From the NCBI GenBank assembly GCA_977017645.1, contig OZ360221.1:65410001-65474000 (forward strand): a stretch of 64,000 bases of DNA, given 5' to 3'. This DNA comes from Torpedo marmorata (taxonomy: Eukaryota). Each line of letters begins with the position of its first letter. Position 1 is the first letter of the stretch. Position numbers and translations under genes: made by a program. The notes under the pieces are model-generated. The model did no database searches. It had not been told where the DNA came from and saw only the letters and a program-made list of their open reading frames with translations. Below are positions 1-11,850 of this stretch, piece after piece.

Positions 1-1335
1 AGTTATTTGGAAAGACAAGCATTGATTAGGAGTAGTCAACACGGTTTTGTTCATGGTAGATCATGTTTGACAAATCTCATAGAGTTTTTCGATGAGGTTA
101 CTAAGAGGGTTGACGAGGGGAAGGCTGTGGATGTTGTCTATATGGACTTTAGTAAGGCATTTGACAAGGTTTCGCATAAGAGGCTCATTAGGAAGGTTCA
201 AGCATTAGGTATTAACGACGAAGTAGTGAAATGGATTCAACAATGGTTGGATAGGAGATGCCAGAGAGTAGTGGTGGAAAATTGTTTGTCAAATTGGAGG
301 CCGGTGACCAGTGGAGTGCTTCAGGGATCGGTACTGGGTCCATTGTTGTTTGTCATATATATTTATGATCTAGATGATAGGGTGGTAAATTGGATTAGTA
401 AGTATGCAGATGATACGAAGATTGGTGGTGTTGTGGACAGTGAAGAGGGATATCAAAGCTTGCAGGGGGATATTGGACAGTTAGAAGAGTGGGCGGAAAC
501 ATGGCAGATGGAATTTAATACTGATAAATGTGAGGTACTACATTTTGGTAGGATTAATCAGCAAAGGTCATACATGTTAAATGGAAGACAATTGAGAAGT
601 GCAGTAGAACAGAGGGATTTAGGAATTCTGGTACATAATTCCCTGAAAGTTGAGTCACACATAGATAGGGTGGTGAAGAAGGCATTTGGTATGTTGGCCT
701 TCATAAATCAGATTATTGAATATAGGAGTTGGGATGTCATGTTGAAGTTGTATAAGGCAATGGTGAGGCCAAATTTGGAATATTGTGCTCAGTTTTGGTC
801 GCCGAATTACAGGAAGGATATAAACAGAATAGAGAGAGTGCAGAGGAGATTTACAAGAATGTTGCCTGGGTTTCTGGGTTTGAGTTATAGGGAAAGGTTG
901 AACAGGCTGGGACTTTATTCCCTGGAGCGTAGAAGGTTGAGGGGTGATTTGATAGAGGTATTTAAAATTACGAAGGGGAAAGATAGAGTCAATGTGGACA
1001 GGCTTTTTCCATTGAGAGAGGGGAAGATTCAAACAAGAGGGCATGGATTGAGATTGAAGGGGAAAAGTTTAGAGGAAACATGAGGGGGAATTTCTTCACT
1101 CAGAGGGTGGTAGGAGGGTGGAACAAGCTTCCGGCCGAAGTGGTAGATGCAGGTTCAATTTTAATGTTTAAGGAAAAGTTGGATAGGTATATGGACGAGA
1201 GAGGTGTGGAGGGTTATGGGCCGGGTGCGGGTCAGTGGGACTAGGTGGGAGAATGTGTTCGGCATGGACTCGAAGGGCCGAACTGGCCTGTTTCTGTGCT
1301 GTAAATGTTATATGGTTATATGGTTATATGGTAAC
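1..1335 (+). mobile_element. CR1-clade LINE, 3' part (RT domain and C-terminus), cut by the window start
   Basis: ORF 7-1083 has the CR1 RT motifs QHGF, YMDFSKAFDKV, QGSVLGPLLF and YADDTK. A frameshift near 1060 continues as ...NFFTQRVV..WNKLP. Ends in a (TATATGGT)n tail at about 1308-1332. Confidence 0.95.
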
Positions 1336-1542
1336 AGGCCCTTTTGGCCCACGAGCCCATGCCGCCCAATTACACCCACAACTCCCTGTAAATTTTGAAG
1401 GGTGGGAGGAAATCGGAGCACCCGGAGGAGATCCACGCAGACATGGGGAGAATGTACAAACTCCTTTCAGGCAGCGGCGGATTCGAACCCGGGTCGCTGG
1501 CGTTGTAACAGCATTGCGCTAACTGCTACGCTAACCGTGCTG
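1333..1542 (-). mobile_element. tRNA-derived V-SINE (HE1-like), tail-to-tail with the CR1
   Basis: Minus strand reads A-box-like TAGCGTAGCAGTT, B box GGTTCGAATCC, then the V-domain-like GTTTGTACATTCTCCCCATGTCTGCGTGG...CCGGGTGCTCCGATTTCCTCCCAC and a CR1-like tail. Confidence 0.8.
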
Positions 1543-1764
1543 TTCGTTATTTATCATTTATTGCAAGGGGAACTTAATACAAAATTCCGCAAATTATATT
1601 TCAGTTATTTTGGGTCATTGGTGAGTGCATTTGGAGCAATGTTTACAGTACTGACATTCATATTTAAGGAAAAAATATTAATACATCATAAGCAGCTAAC
1701 AGAATGTTTATTCACCTTATTACTAAAATGTGAAGATTGTTTTAAGAAGAAAGGTAAACAGATT

Positions 1765-2095
1765 AGGCTTGTAACTGCTGGAGTTTAGAAGAGTGAGAGT
1801 GGGTTTGAATGAAACATATTAGATCCTGAGAGATCTTGATATGTTGAATGTGATGACACTATTTTCTCTTGTGGGGGAAGCTATAAATGGGGGGTCACTG
1901 TTTAAAAATAAGAGGTTCAGTGATTTCTTTCTCTTTTTCTCCGATGGCTGTGAGATTTTGGAAATCTCTTCCCCAGAAGGCAATGGAAGCCAACAACTTA
2001 AATATTTTTAAGGTTCAGGTAGATAAACACAGTGAGCAAGGGAGTGAGAGGTTACTGTGGGTAGGCAAGAATGCAAAGTTGAGAATACAATAAGA
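1765..2095 (+). mobile_element. Degraded CR1 3' fragment
   Basis: Translates to GHCLKIRG...AVRFWKSLPQKAMEANNLNIFKVQVD, similar to the CR1 ORF2 C-terminus. Confidence 0.75.
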
Positions 2096-2860
2096 TCAGG
2101 GAAACAAGGAGCTGATTGTAGACTTTAGGAAAGGAAAACCAGAGGTGAGTGATCCAGTAATCATTGGGAGATCAGAGGTGAAGCGGGTGAGAACATTTAA
2201 ATTCCTGGGTGTCACTATATAGGAAGACATGTCCGGGACCAAACATACTAATGTCACCGTGAAGCAAGCATGTCAGTGCCTCTCTTCTTTCGGAGTTTGC
2301 TGAGGTTCGCTATGAAATCGGAAACTTTGGCAAACTTCTACATATGTTTAGTGGAAAGTGTGCTGACGGCCTGGTATGAGGGCACCAATAACTCTGAGAG
2401 AAAAGCCCCGCTAAAGGTAGTGGACACAGCCCAGTACATCACAGGCAAAATTCTCCCCACTATTGAGAACATCTACATGGAACGTTGCTGTCGGAGAGAA
2501 GCTGCAATTATCAAGGGTGTACATCACCCAGGACGTGCTCTGTTCTTGCTGCTGCCATTGGTAAGGAGGTACAGGTGCCACAGGACTTGTACCTCCAAGT
2601 TCAGGAATAGTTGCTACCCTTCAACCATCAGACACCTGAACCACAGACTCATTCAGAGACTTATTTAAAGACTCGTACTTTGCTCATTATTTATTATTGA
2701 ATATTTATACTTCTGTATTTGCACAGTCAGTTTGTTCACATTTCTTTCTTTTGTTTACATTTCTTTCTTTCTTTGAGTACAGATTACAGTTACCTGAAAT
2801 TAGAAATTCTGCCTGGCCTGCAGGAAAAAGAATCTCAGGGTTGTATGTGATGTCATACAT
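2096..2860 (+). mobile_element. Rex1/Babar-clade LINE 3' fragment
   Basis: KELIVDFRK, FKFLGV, VESVLTAWY and HHPGRALFLLLP..RRYR motifs, followed by a 3' UTR; similar to the copy at 42711-43724. Confidence 0.8.
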
Positions 2861-2861
2861 A

Positions 2862-3170
2862 CAAGAGGGCACAACTTCAGGATTGAAGGACGTCCACTTA
2901 GAATAGAGATGCGGAGGAATTTCTTTAGCCAGAAGGTGGTGAATTTGTGGAATTTGTTGCCATAGGCAATTGTGGAGGCCAAGTCATTGGGTGTATTTAA
3001 GGCAGAGATTAATAGGTTCTTTATTAGCCAGGGCATCAAAGGTTGTGGGGAGAAGGCAGGGTAGCGGGACTGAGTGGGAAAATGGATCAGTTCATGATTA
3101 AATGGCGGGACAGACTCGATGGGCTGAATAGTCTATTTCTGCTCATATGTCTTATGGTCTTATGGTCATG
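2862..3170 (+). mobile_element. CR1 3' end fragment
   Basis: Encodes RRNFFSQKVVNLWNLLP and ends in a (CTTATGGT)n tail. Confidence 0.85.
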
Positions 3171-3239
3171 AATGTGCTCTGAAAATAAATTTGAACTTTG
3201 AAATCTGAAGGACAACCACAATCTTATTAAATGGTAGAG

Positions 3240-4045
3240 CATGGTAAAACATCGCTGTAGCGGCAGTGCTGCCGCTAGTGCAGACCCGCGGGGAGCAAGG
3301 AGCGGAGATGCAGCATTCCCGTGGGGTCCAGCCGCACAGTCGACTGCCGTCAACTACGCACGGGCTTTGAACGGCCCGTTGAGGGAGCCGATGGTGGTTT
3401 TGTTTGAGATCCCGCGACCGCGGGGTCTGCGCCTAAGATGGCGGCGCCTATTAATCGGCAGCAGCCACAGGGGCTGCAGACTCCGGGGAAGCGGAGGACT
3501 GGAGCAAGGCACCAGAGGACGGAAAGATCATACCCCCATCTGAGAAGGAGAAGCGGAGGAAATGACCCACGGGATGGTGACCACGGCGGCGGACCAGTGA
3601 GGGGCTCTGAGGCTGAAGGACCAGTGCATGCAGTGGGCTGCTGGCGACTCGAGGTGAGGAACCCGCGGAGGCTGCGGGCTGCTGGAGACTGGCTCGAACT
3701 GGCTGGAGGAGTACCAGGTATCGGAACCGGGATGCGAGGGGGTGCCGAAGGGTTCCTGACCATGTCGGAGGTTCAGATCTGGAGCTCGGGATGCCGGTGG
3801 TTTGGACTGGACTCTGTGTGGCTGCGGAGGCTGGGCGGAAGCGCTGGAGGCGAATCTACGGACACTCGGTGCCTCTGGGGGGACTCTCTTTTGCTTCTCT
3901 TTCTCTGACTGTAAGGAATGTTAGAGGCGCTTAGGCAATTTCTGCCTGTGGCGAATCTGTCTGCCTTGCAGCAGGCAAAAAGAAATGTCATGTAATATGA
4001 CACTGTTTTATTACTATGACAATAAATTGAATCTTGAATCTTGAA
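3240..4045 (+). mobile_element. GC-rich non-autonomous retroelement with a Rex1-like 3' tail
   Basis: About 800 bp GC/CpG-rich block in AT-rich DNA, no recognisable protein. Ends TCTGTCTGCC..GGCA hairpin, ATGACAATAAA and (TTGAATC)n. 5' boundary approximate. Confidence 0.6.
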
Positions 4046-4157
4046 GAGTGTCGTGGCTTATTCCCAATACATATATTATAATGCAATTGCAAAGACAATC
4101 CATTCTTCAGATCTGGACGACAAATTGGATTCAAAATTGGCACAGTGGAATTCTGCG

Positions 4158-4288
4158 ATTCCTTGAAGAAGGGCACAGGCCTGAAATGTCGGCAATATAT
4201 CTTTGCTTTTTATGGACGCTGAAAAGACCAGCATTTTGGCGTGTTTTTACTACAATCACAGCGTCTGCAGACTTTCACGTTTCACCCT
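4158..4288 (+). mobile_element. Penelope pseudo-LTR-derived short element with a degenerate hammerhead-like core
   Basis: TTGAAGAAGGGCACAGGCCTGAAATGTCGG...TCTGCAGACTTTC matches the terminal region of the GIY-YIG element at 39538-39650. Confidence 0.7.
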
Positions 4289-6247
4289 TGATCATAAATC
4301 TGACCAAGTTCAAAATAAAATGAGGACAGCAGTAAGTATTTCAGCCACTTGCACTCTATTTTGGAAGAAACAGAAAATGCTTACTTTGTTTAGAATAAAA
4401 TGCAATAAAAACTGTTTTGGGATTGGTTCCTTTATATCATCTACTCCAAATCACTTTGTCGATCGTTTTAGAGAGGCTGTGTGATTAGCAATAGTATTCC
4501 ATGTATTCTTTCTTGTCATGAAGGTAATTGCTGCATGCAAGTGGAAAATTAATTGTAAATATATAACCAATCAAACACGTTGAAACAGTGGGTGAAAAAT
4601 CAAATGAATCCTCTAAAGTTTTTGTTACATTTTACAGAAGTTTTAAATGATGTTGACATTGTTTCATAATTCAACCTGAGGAATATGTTCTTATCCAATG
4701 TCATTTAATATTACTGTGAACATTTGTGAAAAATCTTGTGTTAGAATCCTGATCTCACACCTTTACATTGTCAAACATCAAGTCCTTGATGTCTAAATAT
4801 CCTCAAACTGAACATCGTGACTTCAGTCTACAATTTCAGCACCTCATCTGGTGCACGGTTGGATTTCAAACTCAAAATCTTGACTATTGTTGCTGACATC
4901 ATTATCCTTGCTTTAGATCTTCTGAACTAATTTCTGCTGTGTCAGGTAGGCTGCTTCTTACCCTCTACCTCTGAAAAACCACATATTGAGGGGTCAGATA
5001 TCCACACCAATTTGTATGTATTCTTCTTCAATGAACCACTATATTGCACAATTTAAAAACCTCCTCTTCTAATCCCTCTACTTACAATACATTATATCCT
5101 GATCATGTCCTCAAGCTCTCTCCAAGCCATTTCCACCCTTTGCTTCATCTTATGATTTCTATGGATCTCCATCTCTATTCACCTTGGCTTTACTCAATAT
5201 TTCTTTATATCTTATTGCCATTGTTTTGATCAAACTATTGATCCATCCTATATTATTTTGAAAATTATTTTCAAGTTTAAGTAGCTCGACCAATTTTTTC
5301 TCATCACTCTGTCCTCTGATTGTAGTTAAATTGTTACATCTCCTTACTGCAAAGCAAGTTGTACATGCAACAAAACAAGGCAATATTCAGTAGTCAGGAG
5401 GCTTTGCTCTGGTTGTGGATAAAATACAGCTGGTGAACTCTACTGAGCAAATGTTTACACAGTGAGAGTTCCAGAGATGTAATTTTTTGTTGGTACAATG
5501 TAAGTGAAAACAGAGTGTTCAACAGAACCAAATATTTTTTTTTCTAATACACCTACCTAAACCAAAAAAACAATGTTTTTGATGTAGTGTTGACTTTTAT
5601 ATAGTATAATTGAATGATAAAGAATGAATTGTAGGACATTTCTCAATTGGTTCCATCAAAGCCAATAACTGAAGGGAATGAAATTCTAGAGATTTTATGA
5701 AATCATCCTGCATTTCGGTGTAGCAACCATCTGCTAGTCGGACCTCTTTCATCGTGTTTTCCTCTCTGCTGTTTAGTACAACAAAAGTACAACGATTGCA
5801 TTTACTACTACATACAATTTGTATATCGAAGTTCATCTGAACAATTCCAGATCAAATCCTCTCCATCCACCAACACTCGTGGAGATACCTTCTTATCTCC
5901 TGTTTTAATTAACAATAACATTGGCAATGTTCCATTTTACAACCAGTTTATGTGTTCTGTGCGGTACCATTAGGCTGGCGTTAATGAGAGTAATGCTTTG
6001 CGGAATGAGTTGTGAAAATAATCTCACTGTATTCAATGACATATTACGGCTCTTTTATTTAATGTGCTAAATATATCTGTATGGCCAGGCCCGTCTGCTA
6101 AATGATTCTGCAAACGAGCAGAGAGAAGATTTTTCACTTGCAATAAAGCGCGTTGCTCGCCTCTCAATTCATTGCTAACACTGTCACATCCGTGTGGATC
6201 AGCTGAGCTTAATCACGTGGCTCCGTGTCGAAGGTCAGTTCTGCACA

Positions 6248-9200
6248 ATGGAGCTGCCAGAGTATGCACTGAAAGGATTGCAATTGCTGGCCGATCCCAG
6301 CCACTTCTCCGACAAAGCCTTCCACATTTTAGTGGAAGCAACTTTCGCGAGCCTCCTAAATCCACAAACAGACGGAGCGACATTGGGTAAGTATGTATTT
6401 TCGAGTAGTTTGTAGGGGCGGGAAGGAAGTCTTTTTTTTGTACTGATGTGAATGTAGGAAGGACACGGTTGGGCTGTTCCTCTGCAAGCGGCTCGGCGTT
6501 GCAGCGTCCCGAATCCAGTTATAAATTTATATCTGCAATTGTAGTTTGTGCACTGAACGGGTTTCTGTTGACTGCTGCTTTGTTTTTGAACTGTCGACTT
6601 GATGACGCAGGCTGCAGATTGAGTCTAGATGTTTTTCATTGTAAAGTAATATCCTGGGCCTAATACATCAGGATTGCCGAGTGGACTTGTATTCTGTTTT
6701 ACTTCGATTGTTAAACAATGCATTTAACGTCCCAGTCGTGTAAGAAAATACATAGTTGTGGATACAACACTTTTTCAAAATAATTCGACACAAATCAAGA
6801 GCAGAATGTTTGTTTACTGGGAGAGTGTTTTTGTTCTTATAACTGGATGACATTTGTATTTTGTGCCCGACAAGGCGCAAGAAAACCTTTTCTAAAATGT
6901 GGAAATGGTATTGAAAATCCATTATTTACCCTTGTTGTGCAGATCACGCAGAACTGGGAAATTTGGACTTGACTTTGGTGAAACAATGCCATGTAGCCAC
7001 CGTAACCTGTGTTTTGGAGGCAGGAAAACAAAACGCCGACATATCGACTATAAGGTTAACATGTCCTGGATTTATGACTGCCGTGTATTTGGTTAAACAT
7101 TATTTTAGTGTGTGGAGGTGGTTTGTAACTGGCGTCATTTAATTTCAGCACGTTACTGGAAGACTGCAGCTTTGGAGGAGAAAGAATAGATTTATTTTGC
7201 ACAATCTATCAGGTTTGTTGTCTCTTGTATGCCATACTATTCTGTAAAATTGCTAAGATTTCTGCAAATTAGAAATAATTTGCCTCAAAAAACTGCCCAG
7301 CCGAGTTGTATAGTTTGGTTTTATTTTACTGATGTTTTCATGAGTAATTTCATTGATTTTAAAAGTGCTATTTTGAGTTGTGATGTTGCAGTTCCACGTG
7401 GACCTGTCATAAGGTTTGGACAAGCGAGTGCTCGTGGCACCCCGACATTTAAAAAAAGTAACTGAAGACATTATTATTTTAGCTCTGTTATTACTACTTA
7501 GTGCTTGCATTTCCTTTTGATATTTAGAAGAACAAAGATAAAGTGGAAACCCTACTAGGAGGGTGAGTGTTAATTACATTTACACAGCTGGCCTTTAATA
7601 CAAAACGTCAATCTGGTTCTATGTATTTCCGTGTTGCATCTTGGGTACTAGATTCAAAATGTTCTAATCTCGTTAATATAAACGGTTTAGTTTATCTTCT
7701 GCTCTATCATTTATTTCTCCATGTATTTGATGCCCGTGAATTATGATTACTTAACCAACGCAATCTAGCAATTATATTTAGTGCCAATCCATGGGCGATT
7801 GCGGATTTTTGGAGTGGTTTTAAATGTCATCATTCCACAATCGAAATGAGTGATAACGTTTTGATTTTTCATGTACGTCGGCAGCACCGAGTTACAACAT
7901 TTAGAAATTTTAAGAAAAACGAGTGACAGGCATCTTAATCGTACAATAACTTTAACAAATCAGTGCTTTTCAGTATTCATGCAATCCACTCAAAAATATT
8001 GCCTCAAAATAAATGTAAAAAGTAACTAAAGTTGTGAGCATGCACACGACATTCCATCAATTTAAATTGTGATCAGTTCTACACTGCTCCCATTGATAAT
8101 GGGTCGTTTTACGTTTTGCCCATTAGCACTTATATAGTTTTAGCCCTCTTGAACCAAGCAGTGCGTAGACAGAACAACACAAGACAATTTTATTTTGAAT
8201 AGAGGTTGGGGATCCAACATGACTAACAGTTGTTAAACGTCTGTGATAGGGGCTGCGTGCATTGGGAAAGACAGAGGGGATGGTATTTTGCACAAACATT
8301 AAAATTCCATACACCACATTGTTATTAAATTTCTTGCAGCTTGGGGAGATTTCCTTCTCGTATCACTGATGCTTCTTGGCGTTTGGAATATCACATTAGG
8401 GTAAAAAGCTGAAGTTTCATCTTAGCATGTTTTCTGAATAGCAAGATGCATTATTTTTCAAAAAAATCTTATTATCAGCTACTAAAATTATATTTTTTAA
8501 ATTACAGAATAACCATCTGCATAAAGTCAATCAACCATCATATTTGTTGACCTTAAATGTAGAGGTAAGGGTTAGAAATGTCAGAAATCGCACCACATAC
8601 TGAATTTTGTATTTGCTTTGTGTAGTTTAATATTGCCTTCATAATTATTTTACAGAATGGATCCCTACAACCTCAGGATGTTACTTTCAGTTGTACAATG
8701 GAGCAATTGCAGGTATTCCAGCAAAATAATATATCAGTTTACAAAATGCATTCTTGACTCAATGTTAATTTTTTTCTGTTTGTCTTAACAGTTTGGCATA
8801 AATTGTAAGGAATCTTTAGAATTGTGATTGGTTGAACTAATGCAGAGTGCCATGATACTGTACTTGGAAAGCAAGCCAATGACAAATTTTTATTAGGAGA
8901 AAAAGGAAGTTGGAATGGTCTAAAATACAAGCAGGAAATCCAGTTTTTATCCAGATGCAAACACTTCTATTTTAACATTCAACCATCGTGATTTTTAAAA
9001 TCCACTTTGAACATCTACTGGTTTTCCCCTTAGGGGTTGATTTTCATTGACCTTATTAGCTTGAAATGGAAATGTAACGGGAACTTAAGGTTTTTTTTCT
9101 GATTTATTTTCTAGGATCCAATTAAGTGCTAACTGAATTTATCTCGCAGCATTTTCATCCTTTTCTAGTGTTATCCACTTGGCATCTGATATAATTTTAT

Positions 9201-9914
9201 ATAACAGTATACATTGGTGGGAGGAACATAACTCTTTAGTTCTTTTTCGTATTTGATTGTAATATGAAACACTGGAATCATCTGCAGCTCCGATAACTTC
9301 ATATTTGCACATGTTAATACCATTACTATCGAAGATTATTTGCCGTTTAATAGTCCAGCGAGCTGCCTGTTTTTAATTTACAAAATGTCGGCATTTTTGC
9401 TATTGAGGTTTACTACCAGAAGAATTTTTGTAACTGCTAAATTTAGTAAAGCAGCAGTTTAAAACGATTGTTTCCCGACCCATTAACCTGCTCGGCGAAT
9501 GGTTGAACAAAGGTGTTTTTTTTCTGTGTAGCTACAAGCTCCGAATTTTAAAAAAAAGATTTGTATTTTTCGGACTTTGTTTTAACTTAGCAACAACAGC
9601 TTCCAAAATATGAAGAAGCGCGTCGATACGCAACTATTTGACTTGCTGCTTCTGCTTAAGCACGGGAAAAAGCGATGCCTGTTTACGAAGTTTGTTAACA
9701 TTGTTTGCATTTTTAAAATAAAAATATTTTAATATGTGATACATTTCGTGAGTCTATTCCCGGAAAGAGACTCCACCATGGTACAAAACCTTTCTCCCAC
9801 CACGTTGGTGATATAGATTTGAATATTTTTATTTGAAAACTGTTCCCTTTGCAGGATCTTTTGGGGAAGTTGAAGGACGCGGCTAAAAGCATGGAGAAGG
9901 CGAGTCAGATGTAA
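6248..9914 (+). CDS. COMMD3: COMM domain-containing protein 3 (194 aa)
   Basis: Exons 6248-6386, 6943-7054, 7149-7212, 7528-7562, 8340-8400, 8508-8564, 8656-8712, 9855-9914; all GT-AG and phase-consistent, total 585 nt. Protein MELPEYALKGLQLLADP...ITDASWRLEYHIR...FSCTMEQLQDLLGKLKDAAKSMEKASQM contains the COMM domain. Lies directly upstream of BMI1, as in other vertebrates. Confidence 0.96.
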
Positions 9915-10084
9915 TTGATGGAGCTGTGAGGACCGCGATTGAACTCCAAGCTGTGGGTGGCATTAAATGAATCCGCCAAATCCTGAGCTCGTCCAGATCC
10001 TGTGCAAGCGAAGTGAATAGCCAAACCATAAATAGTTCAACCTTTGCATTTGATGAAATGTATAAAATTCCGCTCCATAAAATT

Positions 10085-10207
10085 AATAAAATGCTTGTAA
10101 GAATTAAAACCTTTGCTGTATCAAACGTGTATATGTGTAGAATGACTAACATTTTGTACTTTTGTTCATATTCATCTGTAAATACTACACTTGTTTTCCT
10201 AAATAAA
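10085..10207 (+). terminator. Candidate COMMD3 poly(A) signals
   Basis: AATAAA at 10085-10090 and 10202-10207 downstream of the stop codon, followed by T-rich sequence. Confidence 0.5.
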
Positions 10208-11189
10208 GAGATTCTTTATGGCCTGATATTGCATTTTTGTTTCTTCCATTCTCCTTTGGTTCTAGATCATTTTACACCGTAGCTGATTCCTGGGTGGATA
10301 GATTTCGAATACCTTTCAAATTTTGCCGTGGGTTTCCCCCATACTTTTCACATTCCTGACATTTGAATTTAATAACATCCTTAATTCTCCTTAAATAAGC
10401 AGACGGGGAGGGGGCGCGATGCGCAGGGAACAACTAACTCCATTCGTTTTATAAAATATTGTCCAATACATAGCATTTCTCGACTTCACAGAAGTTTACA
10501 CTTTCACAAAATCTATTTCCTTGTGCTCTTGATAACCGTATAATTTAAATGCAAGTTTAAGTAAATAAATAGTCTCGTTGAAAACCATAACTCGGTGTTC
10601 TTCGTGCGCCTCCCGTTGGTATTTAGATGTTTAATTAAAACCCACTAAAGCTTTATCAGATAATTCAAATTGCAGATGATCAAAGCTGGAACCACTTCAA
10701 CATTGTGCTCCTCCCTCGCAGAAATTAATTTATCTTTAATTTTGTCAAAAAAAGAGAATTCATGGATGCTTTTGGAGGGATGGCGATATTTATGAAATAA
10801 CACGCTTTTAGGATTTTGGATCGTTCAAATCGTTTTTGAATCCGTATAAAAAAAAATTTATGTTCGTACAAACCATCCAGAGACAAAATTTGGCTCATAC
10901 TCAGTTACAACCCAATGAAGTTTCTGCACCAAATTCTATATCTATCTGTAGCGTAAAACGTGCTGCCACTGCATTTTATTCTGTGGATAAACTTCTTATG
11001 TAATTTGTTCCAAGTCTGGAAATTCACTGGTTTAGTTAATGGTATGTATTCTACATCGAAACCACTATCGCTTTACCATGCCGGGCGGAATATATAGATT
11101 TTTAAAGCGTGTTGATATTGGTGGAATGGAGCTGGAGCGTAGCTGATGTGTGAAGCTGGTAAAGGGTGCGTTATTTAGTGCTATTTTTT

Positions 11190-11524
11190 AAGGGGTAGAT
11201 GGGTGATGGGGGCGGTGCGTGTAGGCGGGGGAGGGGAGGGGGTCGGCTCTGATTACACCGACTCTAATTCCCAGGCCACCCTTAAGGAATGAGACCACGT
11301 GACGGATTGGGGCGGTCGAACTCGAGCCATTTTGGGGACGGTGTCAGTTTCACGGCACCCATCACTGGGCTTCGGGGGTGTTTTTTTTCCCCAACTTCTA
11401 CAACCGGGAACAACGCAGCCGCCCTGAATCAGGTAGAACCGATTGAACAAATATTACAAGAGTCTGGATTGCGTCCTGCCAGGGTGGTAGCGAGGGTTGT
11501 TGGGCAGGCGTTTAACGAATGTTA
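11190..11524 (+). promoter_or_regulatory. BMI1 CpG-rich promoter region
   Basis: G-rich GC boxes 11191-11245, E-box CACGTG 11296-11301, inverted CCAAT (ATTGG 11306-11310), GGGGCGG and YY1-like GCCATTTT near 11325. Confidence 0.7.
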
Positions 11525-11679
11525 NNNNNNNNNNNNNNNNNNNNNNNNNNNNNNNNNNNNNNNNNNNNNNNNNNNNNNNNNNNNNNNNNNNNNNNNNNNN
11601 NNNNNNNNNNNNNNNNNNNNNNNNNNNNNNNNNNNNNNNNNNNNNNNNNNNNNNNNNNNNNNNNNNNNNNNNNNNNNNN
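11525..11679. other. Assembly gap (155 N) inside the BMI1 CpG island, probably covering the TSS
   Basis: Run of N flanked by GC-rich sequence. Confidence 0.99.
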
Positions 11680-11850
11680 GCAATTGACAGCGTCTGCAGT
11701 TCATGCAAGATGGCCGCTTGGCTGCTATTCATTTTTTCCTCCTGATCTACAACTTTCATTGTTTTCTGCGGGGTGCACGCTGTGGCCCGGAGTCGGCGTG
11801 CCCGGGGCATGGTGTGTCCAAGGCTGCACTGTCTAGGAAAGATCTCCCAG
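11680..11850 (+). other. BMI1: Probable non-coding exon 1 (5' UTR) of BMI1, containing uORF 11710-11745
   Basis: AAGATGGCCGCTTGGCT..ATTCATTTT...AACTTTCATTGT resembles the mammalian BMI1 5' UTR as I recall it. Donor CAG|GTACAT at 11850/11851. Confidence 0.6.

Noticed and set aside
1470-1542. tRNA gene on the minus strand
   Set aside because: A and B boxes are present, but there is no complete cloverleaf and it continues into a V-SINE body.
3241-3908. Overlapping 100-156 aa ORFs as a host gene
   Set aside because: Low-complexity Arg/Gly/Pro translations of a GC-rich repeat, with no recognisable domain or splice structure.
11289-11836. ORFs spanning the N run
   Set aside because: Artefacts of the assembly gap.
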